A DNA stretch of 64,000 bases from the NCBI GenBank assembly GCA_963727445.1, contig CAVSGI010000021.1:448001-512000 (forward strand), given 5' to 3'. This document shows, in pieces, positions 1-8,973 of this stretch. The first letter of the stretch is position 1; every line of letters starts with the position of its first letter. Origin of the DNA: an uncultured delta proteobacterium. GTDB taxonomy: Bacteria; Myxococcota_A; Polyangia; Polyangiales; B10-G4. The translations under genes were made by a program, and so were the position numbers. The notes under the pieces were generated by a model, which searched no databases, was not told the origin of the DNA, and worked only from the letters and a program-made list of their open reading frames with translations.

Positions 1-2
1 CG

Positions 3-3000
3 CTCCCCGATGTGACCGGCCGGCAGGTGGTGATCCTGACCCGCGCCCCCGGCCTCACTCCGGAAGAGGTGGAGCGTCTGGTCACCCGCCCGGTCGAGCT
101 GTCGCTCTCCGGCGTCCCTGGCGTGCGAAGCCAGCGCAGCATCTCGCGCTACGGCCTCTCCTCGGTCACCGCGCTCTTCGGGGAGAACGAGAAGCTCCTC
201 GAGGCGCGCCAGCTCGTTCAGGAGCGGCTCCGCAGCGTCGCGTCGCAGATGCCCGAAGGGGTGGAGGCGCCCGAGCTCGGACCGCTCACCGGCGGCCTGG
301 GCGAGATCTACCAGCTCACCCTCAGCTCGCCCGACCGCACCCCCGCCGAGCTGCGCGAGCTCGCGAGCCTGCGGGTCGCGCCGCTGCTCGCGAGCGTTCC
401 AGGCGTGGTCGAGGTCAACTCCTGGGGCGGTGAGCAACGCACCCTCGACGTGGTCGCCGATCCGGAGCGGATGGCGTCGCGTCGCGTCACCCTCGCGGAG
501 CTGAGCGAGGCGGTGCGCGCGGCCACCGGGCAGGTGGCGGGCGCGCGGATCGAGACGGGCGCCGCTGGCGTGCTGCTGCGCGGCGTGTCCTGGCCGCGGG
601 AGCCGTCGGAGCTCGCGGCGGCGGTGGTGCGCACCGAGCCCGACGGGGCGACGATCCGGGTCGGCGACGTGGCAGACGTCGAGGCCGGCGCGCTGCCGCG
701 CATCGGCGCGGCCACCGCCGACGGTCGGGGCGAGACGCTCTACCTGATGGTGCAGATGCTCCTCGACGCGAACGCGCTCGAGGTGCTCCGCGGTGTCCAC
801 GCGAAGCTGGAGGACGTCCGACAGGTCCTGCCCGCGGACGTCACGCTCCGCGAGGTCTACGACCGGGGTGACCTGGTGAACGCGACGCTGAAGACCGTCT
901 TCACCAACCTCTTCGAGGGCGGCGTGCTCGTGGTGATCGTCCTCTTCTTGATGCTCGGGAGCTTCCGCGCGGGCGCCCTGGTTGCGTCGATCATCCCGCT
1001 CTCCATGCTCGGCGCCGTCACCGGGATGATCGTCTTCGACGTCCCCGGCAACCTGATGAGCCTAGGCGCCCTCGACTTCGGGCTCCTCGTCGACGGCGGA
1101 GTGGTGATGGTGGAGGCCGTCTTTCACGAGGTGCACGCGCGCGGCGGTCCGATCGGCGATCGGGTCCGCGAGTCGACGCGCAGCATGGCGCGCCCGGTCT
1201 TCTACTCGGTGTTGATCATCCTCCTGGTGTACGTGCCGATCCTCAGCCTCACCGGCGTCGAAGGACGCATGTTCCGGCCCATGGCCATCACCGTGGTGCT
1301 GGCCTTGATGAGCGCGCTGATCCTCTCGCTCACCTTCGTGCCGGCCGCCGCCCGGCTGATCCTACGCGCGAAGGACATCCCCGATCGCGAGCCGTGGCTC
1401 GTGCAGATGGCGAGCCGCCTCTATCACCCGGTGGTCGACTTCGCGCTCGTTCGGCCGCGATGGATCGCGGGCGCTGCGCTTCTGCTCCTCGGCCTCGGGG
1501 CGTTTCTCTTCTACCGCGCCGGCACGGCCTTCGTCCCCCAGCTCGATGAGGGTGACCTGGTGGTCCAGACCACCCGCGCTCCGGACATCTCCGTGCAGCA
1601 GGCCGTCGCCGAGAGCACGCGCATGGAGACGGCCGTCCTGGCGGTGCCCGAGGTGGAGCACGTCGCCTCGCGCATCGGAAGCCCCGCGGTGGCCACCGAC
1701 GTGATGGGCCTCGAGCAGTCGGACGTCTTCATCGACCTCGCGCCCCGCGACCGCTGGCGAGAGGGGCTCGACCGCGAGGCGCTCATCGCGGAGATCGGCG
1801 CGGCCATCGACGCGTCAGCGCCCGCCCAGGAGGTCGCTTTCACGCAGCCCATCCAGATGCGCTTCAACGAGCTGGTCGGTGGCAGCGTCACCGACGTGTC
1901 GGTGAGCCTCTTCGGTGAGGATCTGAGCGCGCTCTACGCATGGGCCGAAGAGGCCACGCGCGTCATCGAAGGGATCGAAGGCGCTCAGGATCCCCGCGTC
2001 CTCGCGCCACCCGACGTGGACGTGCTCGAGGTGCGCCCGCGGCCGCTCGGCGCGGCACGCGCACGCCTCAGGCCCGTGGACGTGCTCGCCCACGTTCAGG
2101 CGCTTCGCACCGGCGTGCCGGCGGGCGACACCTTCGATGGACCGCTCCGCATCCCGGTGCGTGTGCGCCTCGGCGCGCACGTCGACGCCCTGTCCCTCGA
2201 TCGCATGCCGGTGCCGACCGTCGACGGCTCGCTCCTGCCGCTGTCCTCGGTGGCCGAGGTCGACCGTCGGCCCTCGCCCTCCCTCGTCAACCGCGAGATG
2301 GCGCAGCGCCGGGTGGTGGTGGGCTTCGACGTGCGGGGTCGAGACCTGGGTTCGGTGGTCGAGGACGCGCGGCGCGCGGTCGGCGCCCTGCCGCGCCCCG
2401 AAGGGACGCGCGTCGCGTGGGGCGGGCAGTACGAGAGCCTGAAGAGCGCCCAGGCGCGGCTGGCGATCGTCATCCCCACGGTCCTCGGGATGATCTTCGC
2501 GCTGCTGCTGGCCCTCTTCCGCAGCTTTCGGCCGGCGCTGATCATCCTCTTGAACGTGCCCTTCGCCGCCGTCGGCGGGGTGATCGCCCTCAGCGTGCGC
2601 GGTCTGCCCATCTCGATCTCCGCGGCCATCGGCTTCATCGCCCTCAGCGGCATCGCGGTGCTCAACGGCGTCGTTCTGGTGAGCTCGCTCCGCGAAGAGG
2701 TGGCCGCGGGGCACACGCTCCGCGAAGCGGCGCGACGTGCGGCGCGCTCACGCATGCGTCCGGTCTTGATGACGGCGCTGGTCGCAGCGCTCGGTTTCGT
2801 GCCGATGATGCTGGCGACCGGGGTCGGGGCAGAGGTTCAGCGGCCGCTGGCGACGGTCGTGGTGGGCGGGCTGGTCACGTCCACCTTGCTCACGCTGGTG
2901 ATCCTGCCGGCGATCTTTCCGTGGATCGGGGGCGCCGGCGGGGGACGTCGCGCCCGCGCCGAGGATCAGATCACCGACGTGAGCAGCAGCGCGAGCGAGC

Positions 3001-3038
3001 CCGCCACGCACACGCAGGCACCGAACAGCCCGGCGTAG
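3..3038 (+). CDS. czcA: CusA/CzcA family heavy-metal efflux RND permease (5' end lies upstream of the window)
   Basis: Frame open from base 3 (LPDVTGRQV, like the CzcA DAxPDIT motif); NLMSLGALDFG, FRPMAITV, GFIALSGIAVLNG, RPVLMTALVAALGFVPM, EVQRPLATVVVGG. Confidence 0.93.
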   Translation, partial: LPDVTGRQVVILTRAPGLTPEEVERLVTRPVELSLSGVPGVRSQRSISRYGLSSVTALFGENEKLLEARQLVQERLRSVASQMPEGVEAPELGPLTGGLGEIYQLTLSSPDRTPAELRELASLRVAPLLASVPGVVEVNSWGGEQRTLDVVADPERMASRRVTLAELSEAVRAATGQVAGARIETGAAGVLLRGVSWPREPSELAAAVVRTEPDGATIRVGDVADVEAGALPRIGAATADGRGETLYLMVQMLLDANALEVLRGVHAKLEDVRQVLPADVTLREVYDRGDLVNATLKTVFTNLFEGGVLVVIVLFLMLGSFRAGALVASIIPLSMLGAVTGMIVFDVPGNLMSLGALDFGLLVDGGVVMVEAVFHEVHARGGPIGDRVRESTRSMARPVFYSVLIILLVYVPILSLTGVEGRMFRPMAITVVLALMSALILSLTFVPAAARLILRAKDIPDREPWLVQMASRLYHPVVDFALVRPRWIAGAALLLLGLGAFLFYRAGTAFVPQLDEGDLVVQTTRAPDISVQQAVAESTRMETAVLAVPEVEHVASRIGSPAVATDVMGLEQSDVFIDLAPRDRWREGLDREALIAEIGAAIDASAPAQEVAFTQPIQMRFNELVGGSVTDVSVSLFGEDLSALYAWAEEATRVIEGIEGAQDPRVLAPPDVDVLEVRPRPLGAARARLRPVDVLAHVQALRTGVPAGDTFDGPLRIPVRVRLGAHVDALSLDRMPVPTVDGSLLPLSSVAEVDRRPSPSLVNREMAQRRVVVGFDVRGRDLGSVVEDARRAVGALPRPEGTRVAWGGQYESLKSAQARLAIVIPTVLGMIFALLLALFRSFRPALIILLNVPFAAVGGVIALSVRGLPISISAAIGFIALSGIAVLNGVVLVSSLREEVAAGHTLREAARRAARSRMRPVLMTALVAALGFVPMMLATGVGAEVQRPLATVVVGGLVTSTLLTLVILPAIFPWIGGAGGGRRARAEDQITDVSSSASEPATHTQAPNSPA

Positions 3039-3361
3039 CGGAGCGACACGTTTCGCGCCGTCGTTTCGGTGGACGGGGGAGCGGGCGCGCGCTCCGGTAG
3101 GCGGAGGACCTGGACCGGCGCGTAGAGCATCGCCGCCTCGGCCGTGGGGACGGGGGCGAGCTCCTGCGCCCTCGCGGGCAGGGGCGGCGGCGTCTTGGCG
3201 GGGCGGCTCTCGGCGACGATGGACGCGCCGCGGATGACGACGTCTCCATGGCGGGTGCCTTCCTCCGCGAGGAGGGCATGGTCGAACTCGTTCGGATCGC
3301 GAAGGTCCGAGATGTCGAGGATGGTGGTGGGGGCAGGGGGGAGCTTGGGGAAGAGCTGCAT
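2966..3361 (-). CDS. Hypothetical Pro-rich protein with C-terminal TM helix
   Basis: 131-aa ORF ending in hydrophobic [23 protein letters not shown]; convergent overlap with czcA 3' end. Confidence 0.55.
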   Translation of the reverse strand: MQLFPKLPPAPTTILDISDLRDPNEFDHALLAEEGTRHGDVVIRGASIVAESRPAKTPPPLPARAQELAPVPTAEAAMLYAPVQVLRLPERAPAPPSTETTARNVSLRYAGLFGACVCVAGSLALLLTSVI

Positions 3362-3425
3362 GCCCTGTGTACGGGCGAGTGCGACAAACGGATCGATATC
3401 CCGAAAGAGGCGGTGATCACGCGCC

Positions 3426-4880
3426 TCAGGTGAGGTTCGGGATCGGGCCGCGGTGGGTGACGTGGTCGCTGCCGAAGTGGTCGTCGGTGCCCCCGAAGGC
3501 CTGCAGGATCGAGGTGAAGAGGTTGTGGGTGGACTCGGTGGTCTGGATGTCCACGCCGTCGCCCGTGTCGTAGTTCACGTTGCGGCCGGTGCGGAAGTAG
3601 CCGCCCGCGCTCCCGGCGAGGAGGATAGGCAGGTTGCGGGTCACGTGCACCGAGCCGTTCGAGAACTCGCTGGTGTAGAGGAGCAGGCTGTTGTCGAGGA
3701 TGGTGGCGCCGCCTTCGCTGAAGGTCGGGTCGGCGAGGCCCTCGATGATGTCGCGCGCCAGGCTCATCCGCCACTGACGGTTCTCGAGCATCTCGAGCAT
3801 CCAGCCGTCGTAGATGGAGTGCTCGGGGCCGGTCATCCCGATGTCGCGCGCGTAGTGATGGAGCGAGTGGCCGATGCCGAAGGCCGAGTCGACCTGCAGG
3901 CCGTCGGGCGCCCAGGGCGTGAGGATGTCGGCGATCTCCAGGTTGGCGACGTTGGTGAGGCCGCAACGGAGCGCCGCCACGATGATCTGGGCGTGGAGGC
4001 GGCCGATCACGTCCGGGGAGCTGGCGCCCATGCCGGCTTCGCTCGGCGGCACGCACATCGCCGGCATGGTGGCGTCGAGCTGGCGCTCGAGGGCGCGCAG
4101 GTGCTCGAGGTGCGCGTCGATGACGTGGAGGTCGTTGGCGCTGACGGTGTTGCGGAAGAGCGCGAAGCCCTCCATCACGCCGTCGAGCACGCTGCGGCGG
4201 CGCAGCTGCTGGCGGAGGAAGGCGGGGTCGGGGGCGCCGTCGGTGGAGACGCCTTCGAAGATGGTGTTGAAGGCCGTGCGCGGATCGGTCTCGCCGGTCA
4301 CGCGCTCACCCGAGGCACGGAAGTAGGGCGAGCCGTACTGATGGCCCGGCACCATCAGGTGGATGCGATCGAAGCGCGTCGGCTGCGTCATGGCGAGGCG
4401 CTCGGCGAGGACCTGATCGATGGAGGGCCCGAGGGCCATCGCGTCGTCGCCAGGAGTGGTGATGTTCGCCGCGGTCAGCGCCGTGACGTTCGCCGTACCA
4501 TGCCCGCCGCCGCCATATTCGCCCTGCTGGTTGGCGGCACCGTTGTCGATGCCCTGGAGCACGAGGAGCTTGTCCTGGTAGGGCGCGAGGCTCTCGTGGA
4601 TCGGGCCGACCGCGAGGGACTCGGAGGCGCTCGCCGGCGCCCAGAGATCGATCCCGTGTCCGTTGCCGCTGCCGTCCGCCCGCCAGCCGCCGGAGCGGGG
4701 CCAGCCCTGATAGACGTTCGAGACGGTTCCGCCGTGGGAGAAGACCGTGAGGAAGCGCTTCTGCACGCCGCCGTCCGCCCACGCCTTTCCGTGGGTGTAC
4801 TCGAGGAGCGGAAGGCTCAGGGCCGCGCCCCCGAGTCCCTTGAGAAACGCGCGCCGCCCGGAGTGCTTCAAGTCCTTCAT
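3426..4880 (-). CDS. DUF1552 family Tat-exported protein
   Basis: Tat signal GRRAFLKGLGGAALSLPLLE; GPSIDQ, DAHLEHLRALE, TILDNSLLLYTSE, NLPILLAGSAGG motifs; GAGGTG SD-like sequence before ATG 4880. Confidence 0.85.
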   Translation of the reverse strand: MKDLKHSGRRAFLKGLGGAALSLPLLEYTHGKAWADGGVQKRFLTVFSHGGTVSNVYQGWPRSGGWRADGSGNGHGIDLWAPASASESLAVGPIHESLAPYQDKLLVLQGIDNGAANQQGEYGGGGHGTANVTALTAANITTPGDDAMALGPSIDQVLAERLAMTQPTRFDRIHLMVPGHQYGSPYFRASGERVTGETDPRTAFNTIFEGVSTDGAPDPAFLRQQLRRRSVLDGVMEGFALFRNTVSANDLHVIDAHLEHLRALERQLDATMPAMCVPPSEAGMGASSPDVIGRLHAQIIVAALRCGLTNVANLEIADILTPWAPDGLQVDSAFGIGHSLHHYARDIGMTGPEHSIYDGWMLEMLENRQWRMSLARDIIEGLADPTFSEGGATILDNSLLLYTSEFSNGSVHVTRNLPILLAGSAGGYFRTGRNVNYDTGDGVDIQTTESTHNLFTSILQAFGGTDDHFGSDHVTHRGPIPNLT

Positions 4881-4957
4881 CCCGCTCACCTCGACCTACA
4901 GAAAGCCACAGACGGCGCGCGCCTTCACTTACGGTTGGATCGCGATGTAAATGTCCG

Positions 4958-4974
4958 TAATCACAGGGTGATTA
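4958..4974. promoter_or_regulatory. Perfect AT-rich palindrome TAATCAC-agg-GTGATTA, candidate operator
   Basis: 7-bp inverted repeat with 3-nt spacer about 80 bp upstream of the DUF1552 gene. Confidence 0.4.
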
Positions 4975-5025
4975 AGCCCCGGTCCGCGGGCGGTTCCCCC
5001 GCCGCATGGAACTGGCTCGAGCTGG

Positions 5026-5940
5026 CTACGCGCGCACCAGCTCGAGGCGCGTCGCCGCCACCCCGACCGATACCCGCATCCCCCAGTCGAAGCGCAGGCG
5101 GTCCCCCTCGATCCCGTCGCCGAAGATCACGCCGCCCTCGTTCATCTGGGATTCGAGGCGAACGGAGTCTCCCTCGGCGACGTCGCCGTCGAGGAGCGTC
5201 GCGTCGGTGGTGCGACTCTCGAAGGCTTCGCGTACGAAGAAGGAGAGGCGTCGCTCGGTCGGCGCCGGGAGCACGCATTCGGTGACGCGGCGGCGCACGA
5301 TCGAGCTGGCCCAACCGGTGGCGCCCGTCCCGGTGGTCACCACCACGCCCGACGAAGAGTGCGACTCGTGGCGCCGTCCGTCGTCGATGCGATAGCGAGC
5401 CGATTGATGCGAGGCGTGACCGACGAAGATCTCGTTGAGGGCGAGCAGCGTCTGCCCGTCGTCGAGATCGGCGGCGACCATGGTGCGCGACTCGGTGCGG
5501 GCGCGGCCCTCGGCCGCGGGGACCAGGAGATCCGTCAGCGCCGCCGGCGGGAGCGGTACCAGCACGCCGTCGTAGGTGCTCGGGTCGGGATTGACGCCGA
5601 GCACCGGCTGGCCGTCGAGATACTTCGCGACGTTGGCCACCAGCCCGTCCTGTCCCACCACCACCACCGTGTCCTCCGCGTCGAAGCGGAAGGAGGCGAG
5701 CTCGTCGCGCCGCACCCGCGCGCGGCGCCAGCTCCGGGGGATCGTGCCCATCACCTCACGGAGCGCATGCTCGAGGGCGCGGTGGCGCTCCTCCACCCGT
5801 TCGATCGTCGCGCCGCGGCTCTCGAGGAAGAACACCGCCTGCGCCCGCGTCGCGTGCCGCGCGATCAACAGCTCGTATTCTGTCGGCCGGGTGACCACCA
5901 CCACACGAGGGGCGAGCGTGCGGGCGCGGGTCGTCTTCAT
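5026..5940 (-). CDS. NAD kinase-like protein (NrtY-like)
   Basis: VVVGQDGLVANVAKY (GGDG variant), ALNEIFVG, SSGVVVTTGTGATGW; ATGA overlap with SPFH gene. Confidence 0.8.
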   Translation of the reverse strand: MKTTRARTLAPRVVVVTRPTEYELLIARHATRAQAVFFLESRGATIERVEERHRALEHALREVMGTIPRSWRRARVRRDELASFRFDAEDTVVVVGQDGLVANVAKYLDGQPVLGVNPDPSTYDGVLVPLPPAALTDLLVPAAEGRARTESRTMVAADLDDGQTLLALNEIFVGHASHQSARYRIDDGRRHESHSSSGVVVTTGTGATGWASSIVRRRVTECVLPAPTERRLSFFVREAFESRTTDATLLDGDVAEGDSVRLESQMNEGGVIFGDGIEGDRLRFDWGMRVSVGVAATRLELVRA

Positions 5941-6941
5941 CGCGAACTGTGCGCTTCGAGGAAACGCGTGAGCGCCGGTCCGAGGAGCTCGGGTGTGATG
6001 CTGAGATGCTCGACTCGGAGCTTCTTGGCGAGCTCCGTCACGGCCAGGGCGAAGAGCACCTCCTGCGGCACGTCGCGGTAGGCCTCGAGGCGCGCGCCCT
6101 CGGCCTCGGCGTTCGCGGCGCCGATGACGCGAATGCGTTCGGCGCTGGATGCGGCTTCGAGTTGCACGCGCTCCGCCTGGCCCTCGGCCTCGATGCGACG
6201 CGCCTCCGCCTCGGAGGTGACGCGATCGCGCTCGTTCTGACCCCGTCGCGCGATCAGATCCGCCTCGCGTCGCGCCAGCTCGATCTGGTTCTGAAGCTCG
6301 TTTTCCGCGATGGCGCGCTCCTTTTCGACGGCGAAGGCACGCCGAGCGAAGGTGGCCTCGTCGGCGGACTTCTGCAGCGTTTCGCGGGTGGGCGTCTCGA
6401 GAGCGCGCGCCACGTCCGGGCTCGGCACCAGGTCGTCGATGCGCACCGCGACGACGGAAATGCCCATGTCCGCGAGGAGCTCGCTCGGGGTCAGCGCCGC
6501 CTCGATGGCGGCCTGGAGCTCGCCGGTGCCCTTCACCAGGAGCTCTTCGAGCTCGCGTACCGCCACGTACGACAGAGCGATCCGGCGCGACAGCCCCGTG
6601 AGCAGCGTGCTCAGCTTGTCGAGGGGCATCTTGGTGTAGGCCCCGCGCTCGAGATCGATCGAGAAGTCGACGCGGTCGGCGAGGCGCTCGGGATCGACGA
6701 TCCGAAAGCTCACCACTCCCTGGACCGCGAGCTCCGAAAAGTCACGGGTACGCGTCCCGAAGACGAAGGCCTGATCGCGATCGTCGATGGGGACCTCGGC
6801 GATGGCGGCGGCCATCGGCAGGAAGAAGAAGGACAGGCCGCGTCCGCTGCGGGTGAGCTTGCCGTCCTTGAAGAAGAGCACGTGGCTGGTGGCGTCGCTG
6901 CGGAGGTGGCGCAAGAGCGGGAATCGTCGGATTTCGGCCAT
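5937..6941 (-). CDS. SPFH/band 7 domain protein (NrtX-like)
   Basis: GRGLSFFF, VQGVVSFRIVDP, C-terminal AVEKERAIAENELQNQIELARRE coiled coil; ATG at 6941 preferred over track start. Confidence 0.85.
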   Translation of the reverse strand: MAEIRRFPLLRHLRSDATSHVLFFKDGKLTRSGRGLSFFFLPMAAAIAEVPIDDRDQAFVFGTRTRDFSELAVQGVVSFRIVDPERLADRVDFSIDLERGAYTKMPLDKLSTLLTGLSRRIALSYVAVRELEELLVKGTGELQAAIEAALTPSELLADMGISVVAVRIDDLVPSPDVARALETPTRETLQKSADEATFARRAFAVEKERAIAENELQNQIELARREADLIARRGQNERDRVTSEAEARRIEAEGQAERVQLEAASSAERIRVIGAANAEAEGARLEAYRDVPQEVLFALAVTELAKKLRVEHLSITPELLGPALTRFLEAHSSR

Positions 6942-6965
6942 GAACGACACTTTGTGTCGCCGATT

Positions 6966-6988
6966 CATAGTGTCAAGCATACACTATG
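6966..6988. promoter_or_regulatory. NrtR-type operator CATAGTGT-N7-ACACTATG
   Basis: Perfect 8-bp inverted repeat with GT-N7-AC core, 24 nt upstream of the SPFH start. Confidence 0.65.
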
Positions 6989-8914
6989 GATTCGGCGCCG
7001 GGCTCGTGCGATTCTGGCCGCGTGAAGCCGGCGGTCCACACAGAGGACGCAGGCGAAAAAGGGGCGGGCGGCCTCCCCCTGCGCCGCGCCATTCGCCACG
7101 CAGCGTCCCTGGGCGTCTTCTTCGGCTTCGCCGCCTCCACTTGCGAGGTGGTCCTCTGGACCGTCGGGGGCTCGTCGCGCGGTCTCGCCACCCCGCGCGA
7201 CTCCCTCGTCGTCGAAGTGGTCCTCTGCTCCGCCCTCGGCCTCGTCCTCGGCGTCGCTCTCACGCCGCTCCTGCAGCGCTTCGGCGGCCGCGCGCGGATC
7301 CTCCACCCGCTGGTGCTCTGTCTCTCGTGGGCCGGGCTCGGCTTCGTCGCCCGCGTCCCACACCACACCCTCCTCGCGGCCCTCACGGTCGCACCGTGGG
7401 TGGTCGCGTTCGCCGTCACGGCTGCAACGGATCGGCTGATGCGCTACCGGCCTGCCCTCCGCGTGGCGCCGGGCATCTCGCTCACCTTCGTCCTCGTCGC
7501 GGCCCTCGTCGTGCCGACGCTGCTCGAGCGCCTCGGGGCGGTCGACGCCGTCGCGCCTGCGCGCTATGCGCCTCCGGAGGGGGCGCCCGACGTGCTCGTG
7601 GTCGTGCTCGACGCCCTGCGCGCCGATCACGTCGGCGCATACGGCTACAGGCGTGACACCACGCCCGTCTTCGATCACCTCGCGAGGGAAGCCACCCTCT
7701 TCGTCGAGGCCACCGCGCCCGCCACCTGGGCGCTCCCCTCCCACGCTTCCCTGTTCACCGGCACCTTTCCCACGACTCACGGCGCGCACGCCGAGCACCA
7801 GCGACTCGAGCCCTCGGGCCCGCGAACCCTCGCCGAGGTCCTGGCCGATCACGGTTATGAGACGCGCTGCTTCACCGCGAGCCCGTGGCTCTCCGGGCCG
7901 CCCGGGCTCACGCGCGGTTTTTCCTGGACGGACGACACGTGGCGCAGCGGGCGGGCGGATCAAACGCGCCTGTACGCGCTTCGACTCCTCGATCGCGTGG
8001 GCCTCGGAGCACACGACAACGGGGGAGCGGAGGTGACCGAGAGCTTCGAGACCTGGATCGCCGAAGCGCCCGCCTCGAGCGGGCCCACCTTCGCCTTCGT
8101 GAACCTCACCGAAGCAAGCTTCCCGTACCACCAGGTGCCGCCGGAGCATCTCGCGCGTTTCACCGATGAAGACCCGGAGACGCTGCGCGCCATCAGCTTC
8201 GCCCTCATGGAGGCGCAGCTCGGCGGCGAGGCTCCCGATCCCGAGGTCGCGCGCCGTCCCGCCACGGACATGTACGACGCGGGCGTGCACTACGCCGACG
8301 AGCTCCTCGGACGGCTCGTCGCCGCCCTCGAGAGGCGCGGCCGCCTCGACGACACTCTGCTGATCGTCCTGTCGGACTACGGCGAGCTCCTGGGTGAGTA
8401 CGCCACCTTTGGTCACGGGCTCTCGCTTCACCGCGAGGAGATCCACGTCCCGCTCCTCATCCGCTATCCGGCGGCTTTCGAGGCGACCACCGTCGAGGCG
8501 CCAGTCTCCACCGCCGCCGTCTTCGCCACCGTCCTCGACGTCCTGGGCATCACCACGCCCGACAGGCCGGAGGTCCGCACCCTGCGCGAGGTCGTGCGCG
8601 GTCGTCCCGCCGGGTTGGTGCTCTCGGAGCGCTATGCCTTGCCGGCGGGCCGAGGTCGCGACCACTCACCGCTCTTCGATCCATCTCTCCGTTTCCGTTC
8701 CTTCCGCGACGATGACCTCGAGCTGATCGTGACCAGCGGCGATGGGGTCTACCTCTACGACCTCGCGTCCGAAGCCGCAGAGCGGCGCGACGTCGCGGCC
8801 GAGCGCGCCGACGACGTGGCACGTCTCGACGCCCATCTGCGACACCTCGCCGCCGCGGTCGGACTCGCTCACATCGACGGCACGCCCATCGACCCCTCGG
8901 ACGCCCATCCCTGA
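6986..8914 (+). CDS. Membrane-anchored sulfatase-like (alkaline phosphatase superfamily) protein with degenerate active site; true start may be slightly downstream
   Basis: N-terminal TM helices; VVLDALRADH, WALPSHASLFTG, YDAGVHYAD, SDYGE, VPLLIRYP. Confidence 0.85.
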   Translation: MDSAPGSCDSGRVKPAVHTEDAGEKGAGGLPLRRAIRHAASLGVFFGFAASTCEVVLWTVGGSSRGLATPRDSLVVEVVLCSALGLVLGVALTPLLQRFGGRARILHPLVLCLSWAGLGFVARVPHHTLLAALTVAPWVVAFAVTAATDRLMRYRPALRVAPGISLTFVLVAALVVPTLLERLGAVDAVAPARYAPPEGAPDVLVVVLDALRADHVGAYGYRRDTTPVFDHLAREATLFVEATAPATWALPSHASLFTGTFPTTHGAHAEHQRLEPSGPRTLAEVLADHGYETRCFTASPWLSGPPGLTRGFSWTDDTWRSGRADQTRLYALRLLDRVGLGAHDNGGAEVTESFETWIAEAPASSGPTFAFVNLTEASFPYHQVPPEHLARFTDEDPETLRAISFALMEAQLGGEAPDPEVARRPATDMYDAGVHYADELLGRLVAALERRGRLDDTLLIVLSDYGELLGEYATFGHGLSLHREEIHVPLLIRYPAAFEATTVEAPVSTAAVFATVLDVLGITTPDRPEVRTLREVVRGRPAGLVLSERYALPAGRGRDHSPLFDPSLRFRSFRDDDLELIVTSGDGVYLYDLASEAAERRDVAAERADDVARLDAHLRHLAAAVGLAHIDGTPIDPSDAHP

Positions 8915-8973
8915 GCACGCGCACCTCGCGCGCCTTCGCCCGTTCCCGGAAAAATGGTTTAGAGTCGGGCTCC

